NCBI GenBank assembly: GCA_002428565.1 | Contig: DIXA01000036.1 | Coordinates: 5,321 to 69,320, forward strand | DNA length: 64,000 bases | Direction: 5' to 3' | DNA from: Anaerolineales bacterium UBA6092 | GTDB taxonomy: Bacteria > Chloroflexota > Anaerolineae > Anaerolineales > UBA4823 | Shown: positions 27,859 to 37,038 of the stretch, piece by piece | How positions within the stretch are numbered: position 1 is the first letter of the stretch | Layout of the letters: every line of letters starts with the position of its first letter | Made by a program: the position numbers and the translations under genes | Notes under the pieces: generated by a model | Database searches by the model: none | What the model was told of the DNA's origin: nothing | What the model saw: only the letters and a program-made list of their open reading frames with translations

Positions 27859-29958
27859 TTATTGTGGCTTGCGCAACTTTGTGAACAAGAAGGTGCCGAT
27901 TCCGATCAGCATAAGGGCGCCGCCAATCCCTAGTACAAAACTTGTTGGGTTGCCTTGCAGGGTTGGTGTAGATTGGGTTGCTGCTGCCTCCGCCAGTGTG
28001 GTTGCCTCGGGCGCGGCGGTATCGGCTGACCGCGTCGGGGTTGCCGTTGCAGGCGCCACGGTGGCAGAAGGGGCGGGGGTGGGTGGGATGTCGGTGGGCT
28101 GGGGGGGAGGGGTAGCCAGGATGGCGCTCAAATCGGGCGTTGGCGCAGCCTGGTAGATGGCAGCAATATCGGCTGTTTCATACCGCAGCACATCGCCCGG
28201 CTGGAAAACATCCAGCAGGCCGTTGGCAATCTCAAAGCCTTCGTTCGTGCCCAGGCTGAGCGTGGCAAAGCGCAAGTCGAGCGAAAAGACGCTGCCCATC
28301 CCCAGCACGGTGATCGTCTCGCCATCCAGCCACAGGGCGGCGTCTTGGGTCAAGCCAAAAGCCACCTGCTGTGGGTGGTTGTAGGCCAGGGAGAACAAGC
28401 GCCCCCAGCGGTTATTGTCTACCAGGCGCGGCTCGAAGATGGCGGGCAAAAGCCCCAGCCCATCAGCGAATTGCGTGCGCCCCTGCAAAAATGACCGCTG
28501 GGTGGCGGCTTCCACCTCTTCACCTTCGGTGGGCGTTGGTTCGTGGTTGGAGTAGACGCTGCCTGCCAGGGCTGCGGCGGCGTTATCGAGGAGCATGGGG
28601 GTGCCCTGCATCCAGGCATCTTTGAGGGGGGCCAGCGCGGCTACCGGCAGCAGCGATTGATCTTTGCCGATCACCAGGATGCCGGTGATCCCTTCGGGGA
28701 TGGTAATTGGCTCCGTTTGATCGGCGGGGATGAATACTTCCTGGTGGGTGGCGCTCAGGCCGGCAGTATATTTCTTCGCCTCGGCATTGGCTGCCGTTCC
28801 CGACTTATACCCGGCCATCACCACCAGAATATTGGCTGCCTGCCCGCCGCTGGCCTGCTCAAACTGCGCCAGCACGGGGCTTTGGGGCAGGGAGCCAAGC
28901 AGGTTGCCACCCAGGAAAAGCGCCCCAGCCCCCGGCGGCAGGCTGAGAAAATCGGCATCTCGTTCCAGCCGCGCTGGGAAGGGGGCCAGCGAGGCCTGGC
29001 GCGTGGTTAGATCGTAACGGGCGCCATCCTTTGCCAGCAGGTGTACCAGCACGTTCCGTACGCTGAGCAGGTGATCCTCACCCACGTAGCGCACCGCATC
29101 GGCGGCGTGATAGGTTTCGGCGTCCAGGACGGCCACCACGTACAGGCCAAACACATTGCCAACCTGATTGTAACCATCCACGCGCACGCCGGTGTAGGCA
29201 TCTACGCCAATGCCCACGTGTGGCACGCCGGGCAGCAGGATGGCGTTCAGCAGGCGGCTCAGGCGGGCGCGCTGGAAGAAGTGCTGGTCGAGGATGGCAT
29301 TGGGCAGGCTGGATGATAAGCCATGCAAGTCAGGGCTATTCCATACATCGGCTGCGCCAAATTTTAGCCCCGATTCGGCGGCGAAGTTCAGGTTGTAACC
29401 CGCCAGCATGCTGCTGGCCAGCATGCCGCCGCCGGCGCTGGTGCCGGCGATCACTGTGCCTTGTTCGTAGGCATCGGAAATGGCTTGCTCGATGGGTGTG
29501 TTGGCGATGGTGCGCATGGCCACGGTCTGATCGCCGCCCAGGATGAACACGGCGGTCACATCGGGTGTGAAATAGGCGGCGTTTTCGGGCAGCAGCGCAT
29601 CTGCGCGCGTAAACACCGGCACAATCACCGCCGTCACGTTCATTCCCTCGGGTGCGGCGCGCTTGCAGGCCTCCTGGATCTCATAGCGCCGGGTCTCGGC
29701 GTCCGTCATATTCACCTGGCGCTCGCCCTCGCTGATGGTTTCTGAGCTGGTGGAATACGTGGTGGGCAGCACGAGGATCTGCACGGTGTTATTTTGGGCG
29801 CGGGCAACGATGATGGTGCACAGCCCAGAGTACACATCGGAATAGCCCCCGCCAATGGGCACCAGCACGCCTTGGGTGGCTTGCCCTCGCACCGGCTGTG
29901 GGGGAGCGAGTAAAACAACCAGGGTAACGAAGGCCAGCAGGGCCCAAATCTTTCTCAT
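27859..29958 (-). CDS. exported, membrane-tethered tandem S51 (cyanophycinase-like) protein
   Basis: Signal peptide. Domain 1 has PIGGG, ILGGDQ, GTSAGGG and DQHFFQRARLSRL. Domain 2 has the parallel blocks FLGGN, IGKDQ, DNAAAA and RLVDNNRWGRL. A Pro/Thr linker and a C-terminal TM segment with KLRK tail follow. Confidence 0.75.
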   Translation of the reverse strand: MRKIWALLAFVTLVVLLAPPQPVRGQATQGVLVPIGGGYSDVYSGLCTIIVARAQNNTVQILVLPTTYSTSSETISEGERQVNMTDAETRRYEIQEACKRAAPEGMNVTAVIVPVFTRADALLPENAAYFTPDVTAVFILGGDQTVAMRTIANTPIEQAISDAYEQGTVIAGTSAGGGMLASSMLAGYNLNFAAESGLKFGAADVWNSPDLHGLSSSLPNAILDQHFFQRARLSRLLNAILLPGVPHVGIGVDAYTGVRVDGYNQVGNVFGLYVVAVLDAETYHAADAVRYVGEDHLLSVRNVLVHLLAKDGARYDLTTRQASLAPFPARLERDADFLSLPPGAGALFLGGNLLGSLPQSPVLAQFEQASGGQAANILVVMAGYKSGTAANAEAKKYTAGLSATHQEVFIPADQTEPITIPEGITGILVIGKDQSLLPVAALAPLKDAWMQGTPMLLDNAAAALAGSVYSNHEPTPTEGEEVEAATQRSFLQGRTQFADGLGLLPAIFEPRLVDNNRWGRLFSLAYNHPQQVAFGLTQDAALWLDGETITVLGMGSVFSLDLRFATLSLGTNEGFEIANGLLDVFQPGDVLRYETADIAAIYQAAPTPDLSAILATPPPQPTDIPPTPAPSATVAPATATPTRSADTAAPEATTLAEAAATQSTPTLQGNPTSFVLGIGGALMLIGIGTFLFTKLRKPQ

Positions 29959-30893
29959 TTCTCACCCTTTTCCACATGGTAAGGATCGAGAGCGTCACGC
30001 AGCCCGTCGCCCAGGTAGTTAATGGCAATCACCACCAGGAAGATCATCATGCCGGGGAAGATCGCCATCCAGGGGGCAGAGGTGAGGTATTTTTGCGTGG
30101 CGCTGAGCATATTGCCCCAGGTGGGCGTGGGAAGCTGAACGCCAAAGCCCAGGTACGAAAGCCCCGATTCGGTGATGATGGCCCCAGCCAGACCCAGCGT
30201 GGCAGTGACAATGATGGGCGAGGCCACGTTGGGCAAGATATGCCGCAGTAAAATGCGCAGGTTGCCCACCCCGATCATGCGCGCCGCCAGCACAAATTCC
30301 TGATCGCGCAATTCCATCGTGTTGCCTCGCACCAGGCGGGCCACGCCCATCCAGGATAGGCCGCCAATTACCGCAGCAATCGGCCAGAAGGTGCCCGGCC
30401 TCAGCCAGGGCAGGTCGAGCTGGCGCAGAAAGGTGGTCAGCACCAGCAGCAGGAACAGGCGCGGCACCGATTGGAAGATTTCTGTCAGCCGCATCAGAAC
30501 CGCATCCACCCATCCGCCGAAGAAACCGGAGAGCAGCCCCACCAGTGTGCCGATCCCGATGGCGATGCTCATCGCCAGCAGCCCCACCACCAGCGAGATG
30601 CGCCCGCCGTTAATGGTGCGCGACCACATATCGCGCCCCAGGTCATCGGTGCCCATCCAATGCTCAGCGCTGGGCGGCTGGAAGCGGTTGTACAAATCTT
30701 GATCGGTGGGCGAGTAGCGCTGGAAGAGCGGCGCGCCAGCCACCAGCACAATGATCCCCAACAGGATCATACTCCAAAAAACAGCCATTCCGTGCTTTAA
30801 GAATTGATACACAAAGCGGCGGAAGAGAGACTCTTTCTGCTCAACGGCGATTGCAAGGGGGGTTTCAGCCATGGGGTTCTCCTGCGCTTTCAA
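29955..30893 (-). CDS. peptide ABC transporter permease (DppC/OppC type)
   Basis: 6 TM segments. The binding-protein-dependent transport signature region is ARMIGVGNLRILLRHILPN. Confidence 0.85.
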   Translation of the reverse strand: MKAQENPMAETPLAIAVEQKESLFRRFVYQFLKHGMAVFWSMILLGIIVLVAGAPLFQRYSPTDQDLYNRFQPPSAEHWMGTDDLGRDMWSRTINGGRISLVVGLLAMSIAIGIGTLVGLLSGFFGGWVDAVLMRLTEIFQSVPRLFLLLVLTTFLRQLDLPWLRPGTFWPIAAVIGGLSWMGVARLVRGNTMELRDQEFVLAARMIGVGNLRILLRHILPNVASPIIVTATLGLAGAIITESGLSYLGFGVQLPTPTWGNMLSATQKYLTSAPWMAIFPGMMIFLVVIAINYLGDGLRDALDPYHVEKGEK

Positions 30894-31861
30894 TCCAACG
30901 TAATGCGTGGATCCAAAACGGTATAGACCAGATCCACCAACAGGTTGGATGCAACAATCAAAAAACTGTAAACCATCAGCACGGCCATCAGCACCGGGTA
31001 ATCGGTCTTCATGGCTGAATCAAAGAACAGACGCCCGATCCCAGGCCAGGCGAAAATAGTCTCTGTGAACAGCGCCCCGCCAAACAGGTTGGGCAAATCC
31101 AGCCCCAGCAGGGTGACGATGGGAATCAATGCATTGCGCAGGGCGTGCCTGGAGATGACCATTTTCTCTGGCAGGCCCTTGCCGCGCGCCGTGCGCACGT
31201 AATCCTTGTGGATCACATCCAGCATGGAGGAGCGCATGTAGCGCATGTAACTGGCTGCCGAGATGACCGCCAGCATGGAGACCGGCAGAATCAGGTGGCG
31301 GAGGCGGTCCAGTAGGTTGAAGGGCTGTCCCAGCGTCATCATCCCGGCGCTGGGCAGCAGCGGTTTTCCATCTGGCGTTTTGAGCAGCACAGAAAAGATA
31401 ATAATTAGCAGCAAGCCGAACCAAAATGTGGGCAGTGATTGCCCCGCCAGTGCCACGGTGGTCAGCAAATGATCGAAGAAGGTATATTGCTTCAGCGCCG
31501 AGTAGATCCCCAGGGGGATGGCAATTGCCAGCGTTACCAGGAACATCGAGCCCATCAGCAGCAGCGTATTGGGCAGGCGGTCGCTAATTTCTTGCAGGGC
31601 GGGCCGCTTGGATGTGAACGAGTTGCCCCAATCGCCTTGCAGCACATTCAGCAGCCATTTCGCATAACGCACAGGCACAGGGTCATTCAGCCCATATTTC
31701 TCGCGCAGGCGGGCCAGGTCTTCCTGAGTAAAATCGGGGTTCTCAGAGTACGCCGACATGATGCCGCCCGGTACTGAGCTGATCAAGCCAAAGATCAGCA
31801 CGCTGATGACCAGCAGGGTGAGGATGGCCTGGAGCGCCCGCCGAAGGATATATTGGGTCAT
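30890..31861 (-). CDS. peptide ABC transporter permease (DppB/OppB type)
   Basis: The typical N-terminus MTQYILRRALQAILTLLVISVLIF sets the start at 31861. The DYVRTARGKGL motif is present. Confidence 0.85.
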   Translation of the reverse strand: MTQYILRRALQAILTLLVISVLIFGLISSVPGGIMSAYSENPDFTQEDLARLREKYGLNDPVPVRYAKWLLNVLQGDWGNSFTSKRPALQEISDRLPNTLLLMGSMFLVTLAIAIPLGIYSALKQYTFFDHLLTTVALAGQSLPTFWFGLLLIIIFSVLLKTPDGKPLLPSAGMMTLGQPFNLLDRLRHLILPVSMLAVISAASYMRYMRSSMLDVIHKDYVRTARGKGLPEKMVISRHALRNALIPIVTLLGLDLPNLFGGALFTETIFAWPGIGRLFFDSAMKTDYPVLMAVLMVYSFLIVASNLLVDLVYTVLDPRITLD

Positions 31862-31950
31862 GGTCGCCTCGTTTTTGTCACAATCCAATCCAAAAAAGTA
31901 TGGGTTTCCAGCGCATTGCTGCGCTGGAAACCCATAGAAGATGGTACAGG

Positions 31951-33741
31951 TTACGGCTTCAGCCACCAGTTCTGAGAACCCCAGGTGAAGTCCATTGCCC
32001 CCGGAGAGACCAGGAAGTTCTGCAGTTCCACGCGGTAGCCGCTCAACAGCAAGCGTTCATACAAGTAGATGCGCGGCAGATCTTGGTTGATCTGCGCCGC
32101 CACGTTGCAATACAGTTCGCGCCGGGCGTCTACGTCTGTCAGGCCATAGGCATCATCCAGCCAGGCATCCACATCGGCGTTGATGTAGCGGGAGTAGTTC
32201 GAGCCGCTGCCCTCATTATCTGCGGTGGGGATGGAAGCTGAATGGTAGTTGCTGAACAAGTGGCTGTCAGGATCGGGGCCAGGGCCGGTGGTGTAGAGCA
32301 GGATATCGAAATCGCCGTGCTTGCGCATGCCGTTCTCGTCCCACGAGGCGAAGAGCGTGTCAGAGGGAACGTTCTCGATCACCAGTTCGATGCCAGCCTG
32401 GCGCAGCATTTCTACCAGTACCTGCTCGGTCTGCTCACGCAGCAGGTTGCCTGAGGTGGTTGCGATCGTCATGGATAGTCTCACGCCGTCTTTTTCACGG
32501 ATGCCGTCATTATCGGCATCTACCCAGCCGGCCCCTTCCAGCAGGGCAATGGCGCCTGCGAGATCATAGGTTGAGGGCTCTTGCGGGCAGGCAAAGGTGC
32601 CGGCAGGCAGCACTGTGGTGCCAACACGTACGTTGCCATACAGCAGGGTGTCCACGATCAGCTGCTTGTCGATGGCCATCTGCAGCGCCTGGCGCACAGC
32701 CAGGTCGTACAGGATGGGGTGGGGAGCAGCGGCCGGGTCGGCCGGGCCATCCACCGCGGGGTCAGCGAAGTTCAACAGCAGCAGCTCATTTTCGCCCGTC
32801 ACCGCGCCGGCATAAGCCACGCCCTGCGCCGACATGGCATCCAGGGCTACGAAATCAGCCTCGGTCAGATCCCACAGCACATGAATTTCGCCATTGCCAA
32901 TCATCGTCATGCCAACTTCGCGGCTGGGGATGATTTTGACAATCACGCTGTCCAGGTAGGGCTTTCCCGCTTCATGGTAATTGGCATTCTTGACAAACAC
33001 GATGTTATCACCGGCGGTCCAGCTTTCCACCATCCAGGGGCCGGCGCCGTAAGGCTGGCGATTGAACGCCCAGGTGTCGAGTGTAGCCAGGTCGCCCGCT
33101 CCGGTTGGCAGGATGTAGCTGAAGAGGCGCAGGTAGGGGGCATACACTTCTTCATAGGTCACCACCACAGTCAGCGCATCCGGGCACTCGATGCCCACAA
33201 TTTGGGAATAGCCTGAAGTGCTGGCTTGCGATAGCTCGGACATGATGGCGTCAAAGGTGTACTGCACATCGGCGCAGGTAAAGGCATTGCCATTGGCAAA
33301 TTTGACATCCGGCAAAAGCTGGTAGGTTACGATCATGCCGCCGTCGTCGGTTTCCTCGGCAATGGGCAGCGCTGCTGCCAGCACGGGGACGAAGTTGCCG
33401 TTCTCGTCGATCTCGACCAGGCCTTCAAAGACCAGGGAGGTCAGAGCGTCGTCGATGCTGGAGGCTGCCAGGATGGGGTTGAGCGTGGTGGGCTCTTGCG
33501 GGGTACCGACAATCACGGTGCCGCCGGTGGCGGGGCCGGTTTGGGGCGGCTCAGTGGTCGGTGCTGCGGTAGGGGCCACTACAGCCGTGTTGGTGGGTTG
33601 AACAGCCGGCGGGTTGGTCGGTGCGGCTGGCTCGGTAGCCTCAATTGGCTCTGTGGTGGGCGCTTCGGCGGCTGGTTGGCAGGCTGCTAACAGCATTGCC
33701 AGGATCAGCATGGTGAACAGGATGGTTTTCAGGGTTTTCAT
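31951..33741 (-). CDS. family-5 (peptide/nickel) extracellular solute-binding lipoprotein
   Basis: Lipobox LLAACQ and a Pro/Thr linker. About 540-aa SBP_bac_5-like body. It heads the ABC genes. Confidence 0.8.
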   Translation of the reverse strand: MKTLKTILFTMLILAMLLAACQPAAEAPTTEPIEATEPAAPTNPPAVQPTNTAVVAPTAAPTTEPPQTGPATGGTVIVGTPQEPTTLNPILAASSIDDALTSLVFEGLVEIDENGNFVPVLAAALPIAEETDDGGMIVTYQLLPDVKFANGNAFTCADVQYTFDAIMSELSQASTSGYSQIVGIECPDALTVVVTYEEVYAPYLRLFSYILPTGAGDLATLDTWAFNRQPYGAGPWMVESWTAGDNIVFVKNANYHEAGKPYLDSVIVKIIPSREVGMTMIGNGEIHVLWDLTEADFVALDAMSAQGVAYAGAVTGENELLLLNFADPAVDGPADPAAAPHPILYDLAVRQALQMAIDKQLIVDTLLYGNVRVGTTVLPAGTFACPQEPSTYDLAGAIALLEGAGWVDADNDGIREKDGVRLSMTIATTSGNLLREQTEQVLVEMLRQAGIELVIENVPSDTLFASWDENGMRKHGDFDILLYTTGPGPDPDSHLFSNYHSASIPTADNEGSGSNYSRYINADVDAWLDDAYGLTDVDARRELYCNVAAQINQDLPRIYLYERLLLSGYRVELQNFLVSPGAMDFTWGSQNWWLKP

Positions 33742-33829
33742 ATCTCCTCCAAAGGATTATAGTTTGGGTTTCCATTAAGCGGGGTGCGAGATAGGCTTTT
33801 CTTCTGCAGATAGAAATTCACCTCCAGAT

Positions 33830-34636
33830 TCACTCAGTGGATAAAATCGTTTTTGCTAGTTTGGCTTTGCGGGTTGGAATATCGTAAACACCGCCATCGG
33901 TCAGTAAGTGCAGCTCGATTTTGCTGTAGGCTGCCAGTTGCTCTTTTTCCAACTCGGCGGTGGTGCTGTCGCTGAGCTGCGAACCATCCACGATGGTCAC
34001 GCCGCCTGCGCCAATCGCCATTATCTGGCCCTCGGTGAGTACCGCGGCCGTATTCTCGTCCACGCCAATGCCCAGTAGGTTGGGTGTGGTGGTGACCACG
34101 TAGATCAAGCGGCCCAGCCGGTTGCGCTGGTTGAAGTGCTGGTCGAAGATCACTTTATCGGTCAGCCCCAGGCCTGGCACAAGCTGGACAATGCCGTGCC
34201 GCGGCGCCTGCCCCGACTTGCCATAGGCAATCATCATGGCCGATAAGGCGGCTGCCCCAGCAGAAGTGCCGGCAAACGTGCAGCCGTTCTGGTAAGCGCG
34301 CTGGATGGCTGCCAGCAGGGGCGTGCCTGCCAATACCGCCGTCAGGCGCATCTGATTACCGCCGCACAGGAAAATGCCAGAAGCGTTCTCGATGACCCGA
34401 ATGTATTCATCCTTTTGTGCTTGCTCACGCGAACGTACCGGCAGGATGATCGGCGCAGCCTGCAGCCCCAGGCTTTGCAGCGCCGCAGCTTCACGCTCGC
34501 CTGCATCAGCGTTCCCTGATGCCGTGGGCAGGATGACCATGCGCCCAGAACGACCGCCGCACCGGGCATACAACTCTGCCAGCACAGCGCCATCCAGGCG
34601 CATTGCTCCGCCAATGGCCATCAGGGTTGGGTTCAT
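33830..34636 (-). CDS. cyanophycinase-type S51 peptidase (cytoplasmic)
   Basis: AIGGA, LCGGNQ, nucleophile GTSAGAAA, and DQHFNQRNRLGRL. No signal peptide. Confidence 0.8.
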   Translation of the reverse strand: MNPTLMAIGGAMRLDGAVLAELYARCGGRSGRMVILPTASGNADAGEREAAALQSLGLQAAPIILPVRSREQAQKDEYIRVIENASGIFLCGGNQMRLTAVLAGTPLLAAIQRAYQNGCTFAGTSAGAAALSAMMIAYGKSGQAPRHGIVQLVPGLGLTDKVIFDQHFNQRNRLGRLIYVVTTTPNLLGIGVDENTAAVLTEGQIMAIGAGGVTIVDGSQLSDSTTAELEKEQLAAYSKIELHLLTDGGVYDIPTRKAKLAKTILSTE

Positions 34637-35316
34637 GCCTGTCTCTGCATGGCAGCCAGCAACTCCTCGGCTGCCTCCTCAATATGCTGCTTGACCAGTT
34701 TCTCGCTCAGGTCGGGGTCATGGTTTTCAATGGCCTGGATGATGAGCGTGTGTTCCTCCCAATCCGGGGCAATGCGTTCCGGCAGCGAGGATTCTGCCGT
34801 CAGAGGCAGGATGTTCCACAACATTGCTGGAAAGATTTCCCACATTTGCCCCAAGACGCGCGTCAGATAAGGCCGGTGGCTGGCGTTTGCAATTGCCTGG
34901 TGAAAACGCCGGTTCAATGGGCGGTACAGGTTGGCTTGTGCCGGATCGGAAAAAGCGGTCAGTTGCGCGTGAATGTTCTTGAGTTCTTGAAGTTCTTCGT
35001 CTGTAATGTTGAGCGCCGCGGCCCTGGCTGCCCGTCCTTCCAAAAAGCTGCGCGTGGCATACAGGTCTTCCACATCGGCAGCGCTCAACTGCACGACCCG
35101 CACGCCGCGGTAGGGGTACTGCTCCAGGATGCCTTCCGCTACCAATTCCTTGAACGCCTCACGCACGGGCATTTGGCTCACACCGTACTCTTGTGCGATG
35201 CGCTCCTGGCGCAGCCATTCGCCCGGCTGGATGCGGCCTTCGTGGATGTCGGCCCGCAGCCGGTCAGCTACCCAGCCGCGTAACTGTTTATGGTTTTCAA
35301 ATTGGTTATCATTCAT
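34633..35316 (-). CDS. GntR-family regulator with FCD ligand domain
   Basis: N-terminal wHTH (L.QERIAQEYGVSQMPVREAFKELVAEG) followed by a helical FCD-like C-terminal domain. Confidence 0.85.
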   Translation of the reverse strand: MNDNQFENHKQLRGWVADRLRADIHEGRIQPGEWLRQERIAQEYGVSQMPVREAFKELVAEGILEQYPYRGVRVVQLSAADVEDLYATRSFLEGRAARAAALNITDEELQELKNIHAQLTAFSDPAQANLYRPLNRRFHQAIANASHRPYLTRVLGQMWEIFPAMLWNILPLTAESSLPERIAPDWEEHTLIIQAIENHDPDLSEKLVKQHIEEAAEELLAAMQRQA

Positions 35317-35343
35317 GCGTTTACCCTTCCTGAAAAATTAGAT

Positions 35344-35362
35344 ATTAGATATAATATCTAAT
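35344..35362. promoter_or_regulatory. 19-bp perfect palindrome, candidate GntR operator
   Basis: ATTAGATAT-A-ATATCTAAT lies in the 108-nt AT-rich divergent region between the GntR operon and the asparaginase gene. An extra ATTAGAT half-site sits just upstream. Confidence 0.5.
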
Positions 35363-35424
35363 GTGCTATTAAAATATCATAAATAAATGATTGAGTCAAT
35401 AGGTAATTTTGGGGACTAACATCA

Positions 35425-36531
35425 ATGACAATGTTAGGCAGCATCAAAACAGGCCAACAAAGTTCTGCATCGGTTTACCTGCCCGTTCTGGAAGTTTGGC
35501 GCGGGCCAATCGTTGAATGCCAGCATTTTGGAGCCATTGCGGTGGTCAATGCCCAGGGTGCGCTTACCCATGCCTACGGCAACCCTTACCTGGTCACCTT
35601 TTTACGCTCTGCCGCCAAGCCGTTCCAACTCTTGCCGTTCGTCGAGTTGGGGGGTGTGGAGCGGTATCGCCTGACGGAAAAAGAGTTGGCGATTCTATGC
35701 GCCTCGCACGATGGCACCGACGAACACCTGGCCGTGCTGGCGGGCATCCAGGAGAAAGTGGGTATTGCGGAGCAAGATTTGCAATGCGGTGTTCACCCAC
35801 CTTACCATGCCCCCACCGAGAAGGTCCTGTGGCTGCGCGGCGAGCAGCCCACCCCCAACCGGCACAACTGTTCCGGCAAGCACACCGCCATGCTGGCGCT
35901 GGCGAAGATGCTGGGCGCTCCCAAAGAAAGTTATCTCGAGCAGAACCACCCTGTACAGCAGTTCATCCTCACCGCCTTCAGCGAGATGGTTTCCGTCCCT
36001 GTGAGCGAGATCATCCTGGGCCTCGATGGCTGCTCAGCGCCGGTCTTTGCCGTTTCTCTCTACCATGCTGCGCTTGGCTTTGCCCGCCTGGCGGATCCCT
36101 TGGCCTTGCCGGAGCCGCGCCGCAGCGCTTGCCGCCAGATTATCGCGGCCATGATGCATTACCCCGAGATGGTTTCGGGCTTTGGTACATTTGACACCTG
36201 CCTGATGCAGGCCGCCGGCGGCAGCGTTTTCACCAAAGCTGGAGCGGAGGGTTTCCAGGGCAGCGGCGTTCTGCCTGCTGTGGGGCGTTCTGCACGCGGC
36301 ATTGCCCTCAAGGTCGCCGAGGGGGATATCAGCGGCAGGTTCCGCCAGGGTGCCGAGAGCGCTGAGGGGCGGGCGCGGCCGCTAATCACGATTGAAACCC
36401 TGCGTCAGCTTGAAGTTCTCTCGCCTGCGCAGCTAGCGCAACTGGCCCCATTTGACGCGCGTGCACAATACAACTGGTGCGATATTAACGTTGGCCGCTT
36501 CGTTCCCGCTTTCAAGCTCAGTGCGCCTTGA
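35425..36531 (+). CDS. Asparaginase_II family protein (Rhizobium etli-type asparaginase homologue)
   Basis: NCSGKHTAML block plus a downstream DGCSAPV Cys. Length and pattern fit the asparaginase II family as recalled from memory. Confidence 0.65.
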   Translation: MTMLGSIKTGQQSSASVYLPVLEVWRGPIVECQHFGAIAVVNAQGALTHAYGNPYLVTFLRSAAKPFQLLPFVELGGVERYRLTEKELAILCASHDGTDEHLAVLAGIQEKVGIAEQDLQCGVHPPYHAPTEKVLWLRGEQPTPNRHNCSGKHTAMLALAKMLGAPKESYLEQNHPVQQFILTAFSEMVSVPVSEIILGLDGCSAPVFAVSLYHAALGFARLADPLALPEPRRSACRQIIAAMMHYPEMVSGFGTFDTCLMQAAGGSVFTKAGAEGFQGSGVLPAVGRSARGIALKVAEGDISGRFRQGAESAEGRARPLITIETLRQLEVLSPAQLAQLAPFDARAQYNWCDINVGRFVPAFKLSAP

Positions 36532-36540
36532 TCCCAATAA

Positions 36541-36568
36541 GCTTGCCCGGTGAGGCAGGCGAATTTTT
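36541..36568 (+). terminator. intrinsic terminator after the asparaginase gene
   Basis: GCTTGCC-CGGTGA-GGCAGGC followed by GAATTTTTG. Confidence 0.5.
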
Positions 36569-36703
36569 GATAAATCTTGACTTACCCAATCACCGAAAAC
36601 ATGTGCACCAAACCGCTGACCGGCTTATTGCAATGCGGATTCCGATGATTTGGATCAAAAAAGCGACGCGCCAGCGCCGCTTTTTGGGGAAATATGTGCT
36701 TAG

Positions 36704-36991
36704 GCTGCCGCGCCCGCCAAAGCGGGCCTAAATTTATTCCCGTACACGATCACATCGCGATCGTCGCTTTCTGACCGCACCCGCTGCTCAATTCTCACCC
36801 CTCGCATCGCCGTCTTTATCCTGCAACCGCCATATGGACCCCGTACACTCCCCCGCCTGCGGGGGTTGGTTGTAGTTTCAGGCGTGCGTAGTCCATATAT
36901 TGTGTTCCCTTGAGAGTATATCGCCAAAGCAATGTTCGAAAAAGATTGGGCCGCGGCGCTGTGCATGGGGGAAATGTACCATAAGAGGGGG
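36704..36991 (+). repeat. long copy (L2) of the junction repeat family
   Basis: Aligns with L1 over about 270 nt. Its tail (ACCATAAGAGGGGG) also matches the tail of S1. No comM remnant follows it. Confidence 0.8.
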
Positions 36992-37038
36992 CGCGGCGCG
37001 GCAAGTGTGCACCCACCACGCACGGCCTCAGGTAACAA

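Noticed and set aside
36700-37038. Long minus-strand ORFs running through the junction repeats (36700-37038, 21106-21333, 48799-49068), whose peptides resemble each other
   Set aside because: The similarity simply mirrors the nucleotide repeat. Start codons are not conserved, substitutions between L1 and L2 are mostly non-synonymous, and there is no RBS. High GC alone gives long open frames. They are treated as non-coding.
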